Assembly: GCA_965203095.1 (NCBI GenBank)
Contig: OZ241877.1
Coordinates: 1,152,001-1,216,000, forward strand
Length of the DNA: 64,000 nucleotides
Reading direction: 5' to 3'
Source: Bdellovibrionales bacterium
GTDB taxonomy: Bacteria; Bdellovibrionota; Bdellovibrionia; Bdellovibrionales; UBA1609
The notes beneath the pieces are model-generated. The model was not told where the DNA came from. It was given only the letters and a program-made list of their open reading frames with translations, and ran no database searches. Shown here piece after piece: positions 19,541-29,009 of this stretch. The position numbers and the translations under genes were made by a program. Positions within the stretch are counted from its first letter, which is position 1, and the number at the start of each line of letters is the position of its first letter.

Positions 19541-20287
19541 CTATTTTTTATTTACTACCTCCATAAAAGGTTTGAAAAGGTCGATAGGGATAGGCAAAAC
19601 AATAGTTTGCTTCCCCTCACCTGTCACTTCCTGCAAAGCCTGAAGGTAAGCTAACTGAAGAGCAGAGGGACTTTGAGAAATAATTTGTGAAGCCTCTTTA
19701 AGTTTTTCTGCTCGTTGAAATTCCCCTTCGGCGTTAATGACCTTAGCCCGCCGTTCCCTTTCCGCCTCAGCTTGTTTGGCCATAGCCCTTTGCATCTCTT
19801 GTGGTAGATCAATATGCTTGACCTCAACTACAGAAACTTTAATGCCCCAAGGCTCTGTAGCTTTATCCAATATTTCCTGTAGGGTGTGATTGATTTTATC
19901 CCGACTGGAAAGCAGATCATCCATTTCATATTGCCCCAAAGTGGATCGCAAAGTGGTTTGAGCGAGCTGGCTGGTAGCAAAATAAAAATCTTCCACCTGT
20001 GTGACAGCCTTTTCTGCCTCTACCACACGGAAATAAATAACCGCGTTGACCTTCATACTCACATTATCCAAAGTGATTACATCTTGAGGTTTAATATCCA
20101 TAGTGACTGTTCGAGTATCTACGCGAATAATCCTTTCCACTCCGGGAATAAGGATGATAAGCCCCGGGCCTCTCACACCCACTGAGCGACCAAACCTTAA
20201 AATCACACCTCTTTCCCACTCTGGAAGAATTTTAATCACAGTGAAAACTAAAAAAAGAATAGCCCCTAAAACATAAAGCATCCACAT
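19541..20287 (-). CDS. SPFH/stomatin (slipin) protein
   Basis: [49 protein letters not shown]. Confidence 0.96.
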   Translation of the reverse strand: MWMLYVLGAILFLVFTVIKILPEWERGVILRFGRSVGVRGPGLIILIPGVERIIRVDTRTVTMDIKPQDVITLDNVSMKVNAVIYFRVVEAEKAVTQVEDFYFATSQLAQTTLRSTLGQYEMDDLLSSRDKINHTLQEILDKATEPWGIKVSVVEVKHIDLPQEMQRAMAKQAEAERERRAKVINAEGEFQRAEKLKEASQIISQSPSALQLAYLQALQEVTGEGKQTIVLPIPIDLFKPFMEVVNKK

Positions 20288-20616
20288 AATAGCCTCCTTA
20301 AATTATTAAAGCCTTTCCCTACTTGTAAGCCTTTTATTGAGAAACATAGCCATAAAAGCGACTCAGGCAAGACCTTTGTAGATTTTTATACAAAGCCTTA
20401 AAGGCAAAAGCAAGAAAAAAACAACATTTTTTAAGCTTATTTTAAAAAACAGAGGCTTTTTCACAAAAAAAAGCCCTTTCCACTCAAAAAAACAGCCTAT
20501 CCCTCTCTTTAAACTTTAAAGGGCAAAAACTTACTCAGGCCAAGTTTATGTAAAATGGAACATATCGGAAAAAGAATTTGATCTTAAACCCAATTATCTC
20601 TTATGCTCTATTTTAA

Positions 20617-20985
20617 TGAAAACATCAAAAGACTTTAGATTTTAGAAAGAAATATATTGGCAAAGTGTTTATAATTTACAGCAAAAACAATCAAATAGCC
20701 AATAAGAATATATTAAGTGAAATTCAAAATGAAATACACTATTTAAAACAAGATAATAAAGAACTCAAAATAAGTTTTCGTGAAAATTCTAATATAATGA
20801 CTGGCATAAAAACAAATATAAGCCATAAACAAATCACTATGGAGATATAGCCTGTAGCTCAACCTTTAACAGCCATAATTTAAGTCAGCTTGTTCAAAAA
20901 AATATTTCAGCTTATTTTTATGATTTTAACTGTTAAGTTCATGGATATTTTAAAAAGATTGGTAGGGGGAGAAACAGGAGGGTTT
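20617..20985 (+). pseudogene. Probable decayed coiled-coil protein gene; includes ORF 20665-20850
   Basis: Heptad-like ILSEIQNEIHYLKQDNKEL fragment flanked by short interrupted frames and a hydrophobic stretch further downstream. Confidence 0.3.
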
Positions 20986-20992
20986 TGTAAAA

Positions 20993-21066
20993 TATACTGA
21001 TCACAGTGGAAATTTGCGGTCAAAACAGAGTAGAAAAGGCAGGAATTTTTAAATAAAATCGGTATA
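20993..21066. mobile_element. 74-bp MITE-like repeat family B, copy 2
   Basis: Ends TATACTGAT...ATCGGTATA form a 9-bp inverted repeat with 1 mismatch; homologous to 17783-17856. Confidence 0.75.
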
Positions 21067-21209
21067 ATAGTAAATTTTCAAGATTTTTTTCAGTTAAAAA
21101 TTTGACATAGTGTTTTTAATTGTATTATGGTGTTTTTTTATGCTTGACTTTTTTAAGCACTAACTAAAAAGGGGTTGCCATTTGAATACTAAAAAAGGCT
21201 ATAACAAAT

Positions 21210-22550
21210 ATGGCAAAAAATAAAAATTTTATATTTACAATTAAAGATGTTCGGTGTTTTGCTGGGGAGCAAAATTTAGACATTCGCCCATTGACCTTTC
21301 TAACAGGGGAGAACAGCACAGGCAAAACAACAATTATGGGTTGCTTCTCCACAATGCATGACCTCATTGGCTATCCATATAGAAGATATCCTCCTTTTAA
21401 TAGAGATCCTTACTCCTTTGGAGGATTTAAAGAGATTGTTAGAAAAGCTAAAGACAACAAAGATCAAAAAACAACATTTGATATAGGGATAGAATCTGAT
21501 GATCCTTCTTTTAAATTCCTGTTTTCTTTTAAAGAGAATAAGGAAGATTCCAGCCCTGGCATTGATTGTATAAATATTCGTTTTGAGGATTTTGAGATTT
21601 TTTTTGATACGGTCAGCACAAGTCCTATTCTTAGTTTAAAATATAAAACAGAAAGCTTTAAAATCCCACTATCAAAACAAACTTTCCACCCAGTAAATGA
21701 AATCTGGCACTTTTGGCCCTTTGGTTTTTTTCATTTTATAACAGAAGCTATGGACAAAGAAGGGAAAAAAAAGAAAAAAGATTCAAAAAAATGGATAAAA
21801 TTTAAAACTATTGCAAAAAAATATGAAAAAAAAATAATGCGTTATATGCGTGATCATTTTTCAGAATTCATCATTAGTTTGGCCCCTATTCGTTCTAAGC
21901 CTAAGAGGACTTATGATCCAGTAGGTGAAGAGTTGCGGGTAGTAAGCCCTGAGGGAAGTGAAGTTCCTCTGTTCCTTATGCGTTTGAGCGGGCAAAAAAA
22001 AGAAGATTGGAAAGATCTGCAAACCAAGCTCACTCGTTTTGGAAAAGCCTCTGGCCTGTTTTCTGACATTGAAGTTAAAAAATATGGTGAATCTATGGGG
22101 GAACCCTTCCAACTGCAATTCCAAGTAAAGGGTGCTCAATCCAATATTATGGATATAGGCTACGGAGTGAGCCAGATTTTGCCCTTGTTAGTTCATCTTT
22201 TTCGCTCTCCTTCCAGCAGACGATTTTTACTGCAACAGCCGGAAGTTCATCTTCACCCCAAGGCTCAAGCCGAGCTGACCTCTCTTTTGATTCAATCTGT
22301 AAAACAAAATCAATCTTTCCTAATTGAAACCCACAGTGACTTTATGATTGATAGAACTCGAATAGAAATACAAAAAGGCAATATACCACCAGATCAGGTC
22401 TCTTTAATTTACTTAGAATCTCTAAAAACCGGAGGAGTGAAAGCACATAATATTTCCTTTGACAAAAAAGGGGATATTTTAAAAACACCTAAAGGCTATA
22501 GAGATTTTTTCCTGAAAGAGACCGATCAATTTTTAGGCTTTCAGGATTAA
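21210..22550 (+). CDS. ABC-superfamily ATPase (AAA_15/AAA_21-like) with DUF3696-like C-terminus
   Basis: Walker A GENSTGKT, signature-like DIGYGVSQ, Walker B region LLQQPEVHLHP, H-loop IETHS, tail FDKKG...P.GY.DFF. Confidence 0.88.
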   Translation: MAKNKNFIFTIKDVRCFAGEQNLDIRPLTFLTGENSTGKTTIMGCFSTMHDLIGYPYRRYPPFNRDPYSFGGFKEIVRKAKDNKDQKTTFDIGIESDDPSFKFLFSFKENKEDSSPGIDCINIRFEDFEIFFDTVSTSPILSLKYKTESFKIPLSKQTFHPVNEIWHFWPFGFFHFITEAMDKEGKKKKKDSKKWIKFKTIAKKYEKKIMRYMRDHFSEFIISLAPIRSKPKRTYDPVGEELRVVSPEGSEVPLFLMRLSGQKKEDWKDLQTKLTRFGKASGLFSDIEVKKYGESMGEPFQLQFQVKGAQSNIMDIGYGVSQILPLLVHLFRSPSSRRFLLQQPEVHLHPKAQAELTSLLIQSVKQNQSFLIETHSDFMIDRTRIEIQKGNIPPDQVSLIYLESLKTGGVKAHNISFDKKGDILKTPKGYRDFFLKETDQFLGFQD

Positions 22551-22553
22551 AAC

Positions 22554-22976
22554 ATGTGTATGCTTATAGATACTAACATTTGGGGGGAATTTTTTAAAAA
22601 GACAAAAGATAGCCAGCCCATTCATAATTGGATAAAGAATGGCGGGAAATTGGTTTATTCCAACCATAACCAAATAAAAAAAGAAATGGGATCTTTGATA
22701 AAAAAATTCAGCCAATCCCAAAAACAGGCTCGCCGGAATCCTCTAAAAATCATTCCAAAAGAGAAATTAGAAGCAGAAATAAAATCTATTAAAAAAACAT
22801 ATCCATTAAAATCAGACGACTCACATATACTGGCTTTAGCCAAAGCGGGAGGGGCAACATTGCTTTATTCTAAAGATACAAACCTCCGTGCAGATTTTAA
22901 GAAAATTATAAAAGGCAAAATCTATAAAAACAAAACTCACGAACATCTTTTAACTCAAAACACCTGCCCACAATAA
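22554..22976 (+). CDS. PIN-domain ribonuclease
   Basis: LIDTN at N-terminus, SDDSHILALA, LLYSKD..L acidic active-site pattern; starts 3 nt after the ATPase stop. Confidence 0.82.
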   Translation: MCMLIDTNIWGEFFKKTKDSQPIHNWIKNGGKLVYSNHNQIKKEMGSLIKKFSQSQKQARRNPLKIIPKEKLEAEIKSIKKTYPLKSDDSHILALAKAGGATLLYSKDTNLRADFKKIIKGKIYKNKTHEHLLTQNTCPQ

Positions 22977-23003
22977 ATTATTGAATATAAAAATCAAAGA
23001 GGT

Positions 23004-24311
23004 TTAGGATTCAGAGATTTTTTGGACAAATAGATCCATTTTTTTATGTTTCAATACTTTAACAAAATCTCCTACTTTAAGTGCTTGATTACTTCTAAAT
23101 TTCCAGTTCTCTCCATGGACAACTATCCAGCCCTTTTTTCCCTCTTTATCTAAAATTTCTGTCACTTCCCCCTCTTCATTCAAAACAGCTCCCATAGCTG
23201 TTGTGTCCCTCTTCATACGAACTGTTTTAACAGCTAAATAACAAGCCCCCAACATCAAAAGCCCCACAACAAGAGACACTGCCAAAATAAGGAACAAAGG
23301 CAGTTGATAGCCCCCCATCTCCACCGGATCAAAAAGATACACACTTCCCAAAATAAAAGAAATCACCCCTCCAATGCCCAAAATGCCAAAACTGGGAACT
23401 AACATTTCTGCCAAAAATAACATAAGCCCGGCAAAAATTAAAGCCACAGCCCCCCAAGCCACACTAAAAGCATTAAGCCCTACTAAAGAGATGATTAAAC
23501 CAATCCCCCCCATCACACCGGGGACTAAAGTTCCGGGATGAGTAAATTCAAAATAAATTAACATAATACTGCCCAAAAACAAAAGATAGAGAATTTGTGG
23601 ATCGGCAAAAAAATTCAACACACTATAGCGAAATCCAGTGGGAAAAACCTTAAGAGAACCTATGTTTATATGGGTCTTCCCCCCTTCCTTCATTTCCACA
23701 TTGCGGTTTTTTGAAAAAGCCAAAAACTCATCAGTTGTATCGCCAACAAAATCTATCGCTTTTAAAGCTAAAGCCTCTTCAGCTGTCACAGACTTAGCCT
23801 TTGTGACAATCTCCTCTGCAAACTTCTCATTTCTCTTCCTTAACTTGCTGAGGGATTTAACAAAGGATACGGTGTCGTTTACAGCCTTTTTCCTCATATC
23901 GCTGTCTTTTTCCATCTGTTTGCCCATCATAATAGGGGTGGAAGCCCCTAAATTAGTGCCTCTTAGAGCACCACTCACATGACAGGCTTGTAATATGATC
24001 GCTCCAGCAGAAGTGGCCTGAGCACCCTTAGGGGAGACCAAACACAAAAAAGGTAAGGGGGAATTGAGAATCTCCTGCACTATCAGTCGAGTTGCTGGAA
24101 GAGAACCACCGGGGGTATCCACTTCCATTAAAATAGAAAAACAGTTTTCCGATTTTGAAAAAGCGATAGCCTTTTTGATAATATCTAAAGTGACTGGAGT
24201 GATAGCTGTTTTAATAGGCAAACTTGTTGTGCAAGCCCATAGTGAAACAGGGCATAGAACCAAAAGAAAACCAATTATAGCTATAATTTTTTTAAAAAAT
24301 AACTTTGCCAT
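23004..24311 (-). CDS. nfeD: NfeD membrane-bound serine protease (long form)
   Basis: DTPGG, ATSAGA catalytic Ser, KKAVND, TM region, C-terminal OB domain VHGENW; ATG 24311 (alternative TTG 24347). Confidence 0.93.
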   Translation of the reverse strand: MAKLFFKKIIAIIGFLLVLCPVSLWACTTSLPIKTAITPVTLDIIKKAIAFSKSENCFSILMEVDTPGGSLPATRLIVQEILNSPLPFLCLVSPKGAQATSAGAIILQACHVSGALRGTNLGASTPIMMGKQMEKDSDMRKKAVNDTVSFVKSLSKLRKRNEKFAEEIVTKAKSVTAEEALALKAIDFVGDTTDEFLAFSKNRNVEMKEGGKTHINIGSLKVFPTGFRYSVLNFFADPQILYLLFLGSIMLIYFEFTHPGTLVPGVMGGIGLIISLVGLNAFSVAWGAVALIFAGLMLFLAEMLVPSFGILGIGGVISFILGSVYLFDPVEMGGYQLPLFLILAVSLVVGLLMLGACYLAVKTVRMKRDTTAMGAVLNEEGEVTEILDKEGKKGWIVVHGENWKFRSNQALKVGDFVKVLKHKKMDLFVQKISES

Positions 24312-24383
24312 AAGACTTAAAATAATTTTTATTTCATTTTTTGTCAATAAATTTTTTTATATTTTTTAATATGTTCAATAATT

Positions 24384-24629
24384 TAGTCGCCAGCGAAAAA
24401 CCTCTGTTTTTTGTCGCATAAGCAAAAGCCAGCAATGAGGATCCAAGGTGTTGTTGTTCTGAAAAAGAATGGTCCTTTGGACAAAAAAGCTAAAGAATAG
24501 GCTTTTTAAAAAAGCTTTACGGAAGGACAAACTTTTATGGATTCCCGCCTTGAGCGGGAATCCAGGAATCTTTGTCTTTCTTGTAAAACAAGGTATCTAC
24601 AAACTATAGAGGTTTTTCACGAGCGACTA
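24384..24629. mobile_element. MITE-like repeat family A, copy 4; carries GGATTCCCGCCTTGAGCGGGAATCC palindrome at 24539-24563
   Basis: TAGTCGCCAGCGAAAAACCTCT...AGAGGTTTTTCACGAGCGACTA terminal inverted repeats; internal GAATGGTCCTTTGGACAAA arm shared with copy 2. Confidence 0.82.
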
Positions 24630-24704
24630 TATTTATAGAGAAACTGTTGACAGGTTAAATTTTTACAAGTTAAGCTATTTTTCAAATAAAACAGATATAT
24701 AATA

Positions 24705-25580
24705 ATGAAAAACAATTCATTTAAAAAAAATATAAAGCATGTGAGTATTTTTTATCGCTCAAAAAATCCGTCCATTAAAAAGAAAATTCAAGAAATCTCC
24801 CTTTATTTAAAAAAACAAAATATAAGTTGTGATTTAGCCGATCTGAACGGCCAAAAACCGGCAAAAAAGCCAGATATAATGGTTTGTTTAGGTGGAGATG
24901 GTGCTTTTTTAAAAGCTGTGAAATACGGAAGTGGTGCTCCTATTTTAGGAATCAATATGGGTTCTCTTGGTTTTTTAACGCCTCATTCAGCAAAAAAAAG
25001 CTTAGATCTTTTAGAAAAAACTTTAAAAGGTCAAATGTTTTTAAAGAAAAACTTTTTTTTAAAAACCCAACTCTACAACAACAGCTCATCTAAAGGTGAA
25101 CCGGAGATCAAAACAAAAAAATTAGAAAAGACTTTTTATTCCGTCAATGACATTGTTATAGAAAGAGGGTCTTTTAGCCAGCTCATCAATGTTTCTATTT
25201 TCATAAATAAAGAATATATTTATTCTTTAAAATCCGATGGTCTGGTTATTTCCTCTCCTATTGGATCCACTGCTTACAATTTGGCCGCTGGAGGGCCTAT
25301 CCTTCATCCTAAAGCCTCCTCACTTGTGATCACTCCTATTTGTTCACACAGCCTAACCAACCGCCCTGTGGTTATCCCTGACACTTCGGAAATTTGTCTG
25401 ACTTTTGACCGCACTAAATCCTTTTTAACAATAGACGGAGAGACAAAAGAAAAACTTTTTAGCCAAAGAACAGTCCTCATTACAAAAGACAAAAGCTGTT
25501 TTCTATCCCTTGCAGAAAAAGAAAGTGGCGATGGCTTTGCTCTTCTTAGGAAAAAACTCAAGTTTGGGCAAAGGGATTAA
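24705..25580 (+). CDS. nadK: NAD kinase
   Basis: [39 protein letters not shown]. Confidence 0.96.
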   Translation: MKNNSFKKNIKHVSIFYRSKNPSIKKKIQEISLYLKKQNISCDLADLNGQKPAKKPDIMVCLGGDGAFLKAVKYGSGAPILGINMGSLGFLTPHSAKKSLDLLEKTLKGQMFLKKNFFLKTQLYNNSSSKGEPEIKTKKLEKTFYSVNDIVIERGSFSQLINVSIFINKEYIYSLKSDGLVISSPIGSTAYNLAAGGPILHPKASSLVITPICSHSLTNRPVVIPDTSEICLTFDRTKSFLTIDGETKEKLFSQRTVLITKDKSCFLSLAEKESGDGFALLRKKLKFGQRD

Positions 25581-27019
25581 ACCATATCCTCATCAGAAAA
25601 ATCCACAGAAGGCTCAAAAGGAGAGGATAACTTTTCCTCCCATTGGTTAGTGCCTTTCCAATTCATACTCATCTGGTTTTCCGATGGAGTCACTTTGTGT
25701 TTTTGGTTTTCATACTCCTTAACTTTTGAAAGCAAAATCTCTTTTGGAGAAGGCTTTTTCTCATCCTCTGTTTTGTCCGGGTCCGGGGGAGAGTGATGGC
25801 CTTCCAACAAATGGCTTTCTTTATCTGAATCCGCTAAAGGTAAAGGGCTGGCCCTCTCTGGTGGGAAAGGAGGAGGGGACTGATTCTCTTGATTCTCCTG
25901 ATTTTCAGGAAGCGGTGGTTCTTGAATAGTTGGTTCTCTATAAGACTCCTCTTCAAACTCCATTTTTCTGTCCGGAAATAGGCTTTTCCCCTCTAAAGAT
26001 TCCCCTTCAGGGGAAGAGTTGGATAAAGAAGGCTCTACAGGCAAAGCCTTCTCCTCTACCCTTTGAAAGCCTGTAGCAATGACTGTCACTGACAACTTCT
26101 CTCCTAAACTCTCATCAATCACTGCCCCCACGATCACATCCGCGACCTCATCCGCCATATTCGTGAGAACAGAGCTGGCCTCTTGCACCTCCCTTAAAGA
26201 CAAATTGGATCCCGCAGTGATATTGACAATCATCCCTGTAGCCCCTTGGATAGAGACACCCTCTAAAAGAGGAGAGGATATAGCGGTATGAATGGCTTTT
26301 TTGGCCCTCTCTTTTCCTTCAGAAATACCTTGACCCATAAGTGCCATTCCCTTATCTGTCATTACTGTTTTTATATCCGCAAAATCCAAATTGATCAGAC
26401 CAGGGACACTTACCAACTCCGCTATGCCTTTAACTGCTTTTAACAAAACCTCATCAGTGAGTTTAAAAGTTTCCAGCAACGGAGTGTCTTGTTCAGATAT
26501 TTTCAACAGTTTTTCATTAGGTGCCACAATTAAAGTATCTACATAATTTCTCAATTCTCTAATTCCTTTTTCCGCCTGTCTCATTCTTTTTGGCCCTTCA
26601 AAAACAAAAGGCTTCGTGACGATGCCCACAGTTAGCAAACCCAACTCATCCGCCGCCTGAGCCACAAGAGGAGCACCTCCTGTGCCTGTGCCTCCTCCCA
26701 TACCAGCAGTCACAAAAACCATATCTGCACCCTTAAGAGCTTGAACAATTTCCTCATAAGATTCCACCGCGGCTCTTCGGCCCACTTCAGGATTGGCTCC
26801 TGCCCCAAGGCCCTTAGTGAGTTTCACACCTAACTGAATTTTTGTTTCCGCAGAAGATCTATCTAAAGCCTGATGATCGGTGTTAACAGCTATATATTTA
26901 ACACCTTTAATGCCTTCTTTAATCATTGTTTGAACGGCATTACTCCCTCCTCCACCAACTCCTACAATGCGAATATCCGCTTTGGACTGATTTTTTGTTT
27001 CATCTTCCAGGATAAACAT
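25577..27019 (-). CDS. ftsZ: Cell division GTPase FtsZ with long Pro/Glu-rich tail
   Basis: [19 protein letters not shown] tubulin signature, INLDFAD; AGGAGGAGG RBS before ATG 27019. Confidence 0.98.
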   Translation of the reverse strand: MFILEDETKNQSKADIRIVGVGGGGSNAVQTMIKEGIKGVKYIAVNTDHQALDRSSAETKIQLGVKLTKGLGAGANPEVGRRAAVESYEEIVQALKGADMVFVTAGMGGGTGTGGAPLVAQAADELGLLTVGIVTKPFVFEGPKRMRQAEKGIRELRNYVDTLIVAPNEKLLKISEQDTPLLETFKLTDEVLLKAVKGIAELVSVPGLINLDFADIKTVMTDKGMALMGQGISEGKERAKKAIHTAISSPLLEGVSIQGATGMIVNITAGSNLSLREVQEASSVLTNMADEVADVIVGAVIDESLGEKLSVTVIATGFQRVEEKALPVEPSLSNSSPEGESLEGKSLFPDRKMEFEEESYREPTIQEPPLPENQENQENQSPPPFPPERASPLPLADSDKESHLLEGHHSPPDPDKTEDEKKPSPKEILLSKVKEYENQKHKVTPSENQMSMNWKGTNQWEEKLSSPFEPSVDFSDEDMV

Positions 27020-27040
27020 AAGCACCTCCTCCTTAAGGTT

Positions 27041-28216
27041 TTAAAACAGATCTTTCCAAACAAATTTTTTACTATGGAAATTTTGTTTTGGAACTGTTGT
27101 ATGGTTTTCTAAATAAGCCTGCTCGGCCAAAGCCCAATTATTGGTTTGTCTAAAGTTTTCATACATATTTTTTGCCAGTTTTACTGGACCTCCTAAACAA
27201 AAATCAGATAGTTCTTTAAAGCCGGGGAGAAAAGCTGTTCCTCCAGTAAAAACAAAACCAGAGGATATTTTATCTATGAGCTTATCAGGTTCTACCTGGG
27301 CTTTGATTTGATCCAAAAGTTTTTCTGCTGTTTTTTCCAAAGTTTGAGAAAAGATCTTTCGTGATAAATATAAAGACTCTTCCCATTCTATAGAATTTTC
27401 CTCTGCGTAAGAATTAAAAATTAACTGGCCCTTGGCCTCTTTCAATCGCTCTGCCGATTCCAAAGAAAGATTGAATTGAGAGGCTAAGTCCTGACTGAAA
27501 TGATAGCCCCCTATGGGAATAATAAACATTTTTTCTGTCCGGCCATTAAGATAAACTATCCCTCGTGTGCTTTTGTAGCCTATATCACAAAGGCAAACCC
27601 CGTTTTTCTTTTCACGAAAGCTTGTGAGAGAATGGCCGAAGGCCACAAGGTTATGAAAAAAAGACATAGGTTTATACCCCAATAACTTTAAAGCTTTTAT
27701 TATATCTCTACAATAAAATTGAGGAACTGTCACAAGGCAAACCTCTGTTTCTAAACGAAGGCCGGAAAGCCCTAAAGGGTTTAATATATTTTTTTGCTTA
27801 TCAACACAAAAAGACTCTGGCTGGCTATGTAAACAAATATTCCGCTGAGGCAAAGGGACTGCACAAGCTGTTTGAACAGCTAAATCTAAATCCGCTTTTG
27901 TCACCTCCCTTGAAGGCAAAACAGCCATACCTTGAGAACGAAAAAAATGAAAAGGTGGACTAAAGCCCAGAAAAATTTCAGAAAAAGCACTTTTGCAAAG
28001 CTCTTCCCCCTTCTCTAAAACTTCACCAAGGGCCAGGTGAAAACTCTCAAAATGGTTGACTCGAGATTCTTGCAAGCCAACAGAAGGCTTTTCTACCCAA
28101 GCCAAAAGTTCTAAAGGAAAGGAGTTGCCCTTCTGAAAAACAGCACAACGAATAGAGTAAGAACCTATATCTAAGCTGGCTAAAAGACGACTATCATTTA
28201 ATTTAAACCAGGACAT
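27041..28216 (-). CDS. ftsA: Cell division protein FtsA (divergent)
   Basis: LDIGS, NPLGLSGLRLE, CDIG, IPIGG, VFTGG, C-terminal amphipathic WKDLF; lies between ftsQ and ftsZ. Confidence 0.9.
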   Translation of the reverse strand: MSWFKLNDSRLLASLDIGSYSIRCAVFQKGNSFPLELLAWVEKPSVGLQESRVNHFESFHLALGEVLEKGEELCKSAFSEIFLGFSPPFHFFRSQGMAVLPSREVTKADLDLAVQTACAVPLPQRNICLHSQPESFCVDKQKNILNPLGLSGLRLETEVCLVTVPQFYCRDIIKALKLLGYKPMSFFHNLVAFGHSLTSFREKKNGVCLCDIGYKSTRGIVYLNGRTEKMFIIPIGGYHFSQDLASQFNLSLESAERLKEAKGQLIFNSYAEENSIEWEESLYLSRKIFSQTLEKTAEKLLDQIKAQVEPDKLIDKISSGFVFTGGTAFLPGFKELSDFCLGGPVKLAKNMYENFRQTNNWALAEQAYLENHTTVPKQNFHSKKFVWKDLF

Positions 28217-28265
28217 TGTTCCTCTGCCAACAAGTGGCTTTCCAATGATAGAATTAAGTTTAAAC

Positions 28266-29000
28266 TCAATTTAAATTTTTGACAACAATTTTTTTGTCCC
28301 AACGGGCATCAATTAAGCCTTCTTTCCTCCCCTGTTGATGAAGATAGTTTAACACAAAATCAATGTTTTTAATTTGCCCTGGCAATAAAGGGTCTTTTAG
28401 CTCTACAATAAAATGAGACGAGACAAGATAAATCCACCAGCTGTCATTGGCCCCGTTATAATAGATTTCAGAAATATTTTTAGCAGAAAGAGGCTGACCC
28501 TTCTCAGGAATGGAAAAAATAATAGAAAGTGCTCTTTTCCTCAACTTTAGTTGCTTCCAAAACTGATCCCCTCTTAGAATAGGAAAATCAAAGGACTCCC
28601 CCGGACCTTTTTTAGAGCCGATCTCTCCTCTGTGAGAGATTGGGTAAAAACCTCCGTCCTCTTTCATTAAAATAAGAACAGCATTTTTTTTTGTCAAAAA
28701 TACATTTATTTGATTAGGGAATTTTCGAGTGGCGGAAATATCAGCCTCTCTGTAAAGGGAGTTTATTTGCTCAACCAAATTCTGTAAAGACACTTGCCAA
28801 AGGAGTTTCCCTTTATAAGCCTGCACAAGAGATAAAATCTCCTGCTCTTTTTGCCTATAAAACTTATCCGCTTTGAGCTTTTCTCCAGCCTTTAGTCTCA
28901 CTATAGAAATTTTGGAAAAAGGGCCTAAAAAAGTGTAAACAGTAAAGGCAAGTAATAAAAAAGAGACTCCAATCAAAAAGACAGTTTTTGCCTTCTTCAT
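28266..29000 (-). CDS. ftsQ: Cell division protein FtsQ/DivIB
   Basis: N-terminal TM, POTRA-like RKFPNQINV, C-terminal IDARW..KIVV; ddl-ftsQ-ftsA synteny. Confidence 0.82.
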   Translation of the reverse strand: MKKAKTVFLIGVSFLLLAFTVYTFLGPFSKISIVRLKAGEKLKADKFYRQKEQEILSLVQAYKGKLLWQVSLQNLVEQINSLYREADISATRKFPNQINVFLTKKNAVLILMKEDGGFYPISHRGEIGSKKGPGESFDFPILRGDQFWKQLKLRKRALSIIFSIPEKGQPLSAKNISEIYYNGANDSWWIYLVSSHFIVELKDPLLPGQIKNIDFVLNYLHQQGRKEGLIDARWDKKIVVKNLN

Positions 29001-29009
29001 ATCTATTAC

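Noticed and set aside
17685..23000. tRNA-Arg as integration site of the ATPase-PIN island
   Set aside because: No duplicated tRNA 3' end and no integrase; ordinary host genes lie between the tRNA and the insert
22974..24385. 15/16-bp inverted repeat flanking nfeD (22974-22989 and 24370-24385), suggesting an invertible segment
   Set aside because: AT-rich, no invertase nearby, and nfeD is already in the canonical orientation relative to slipin
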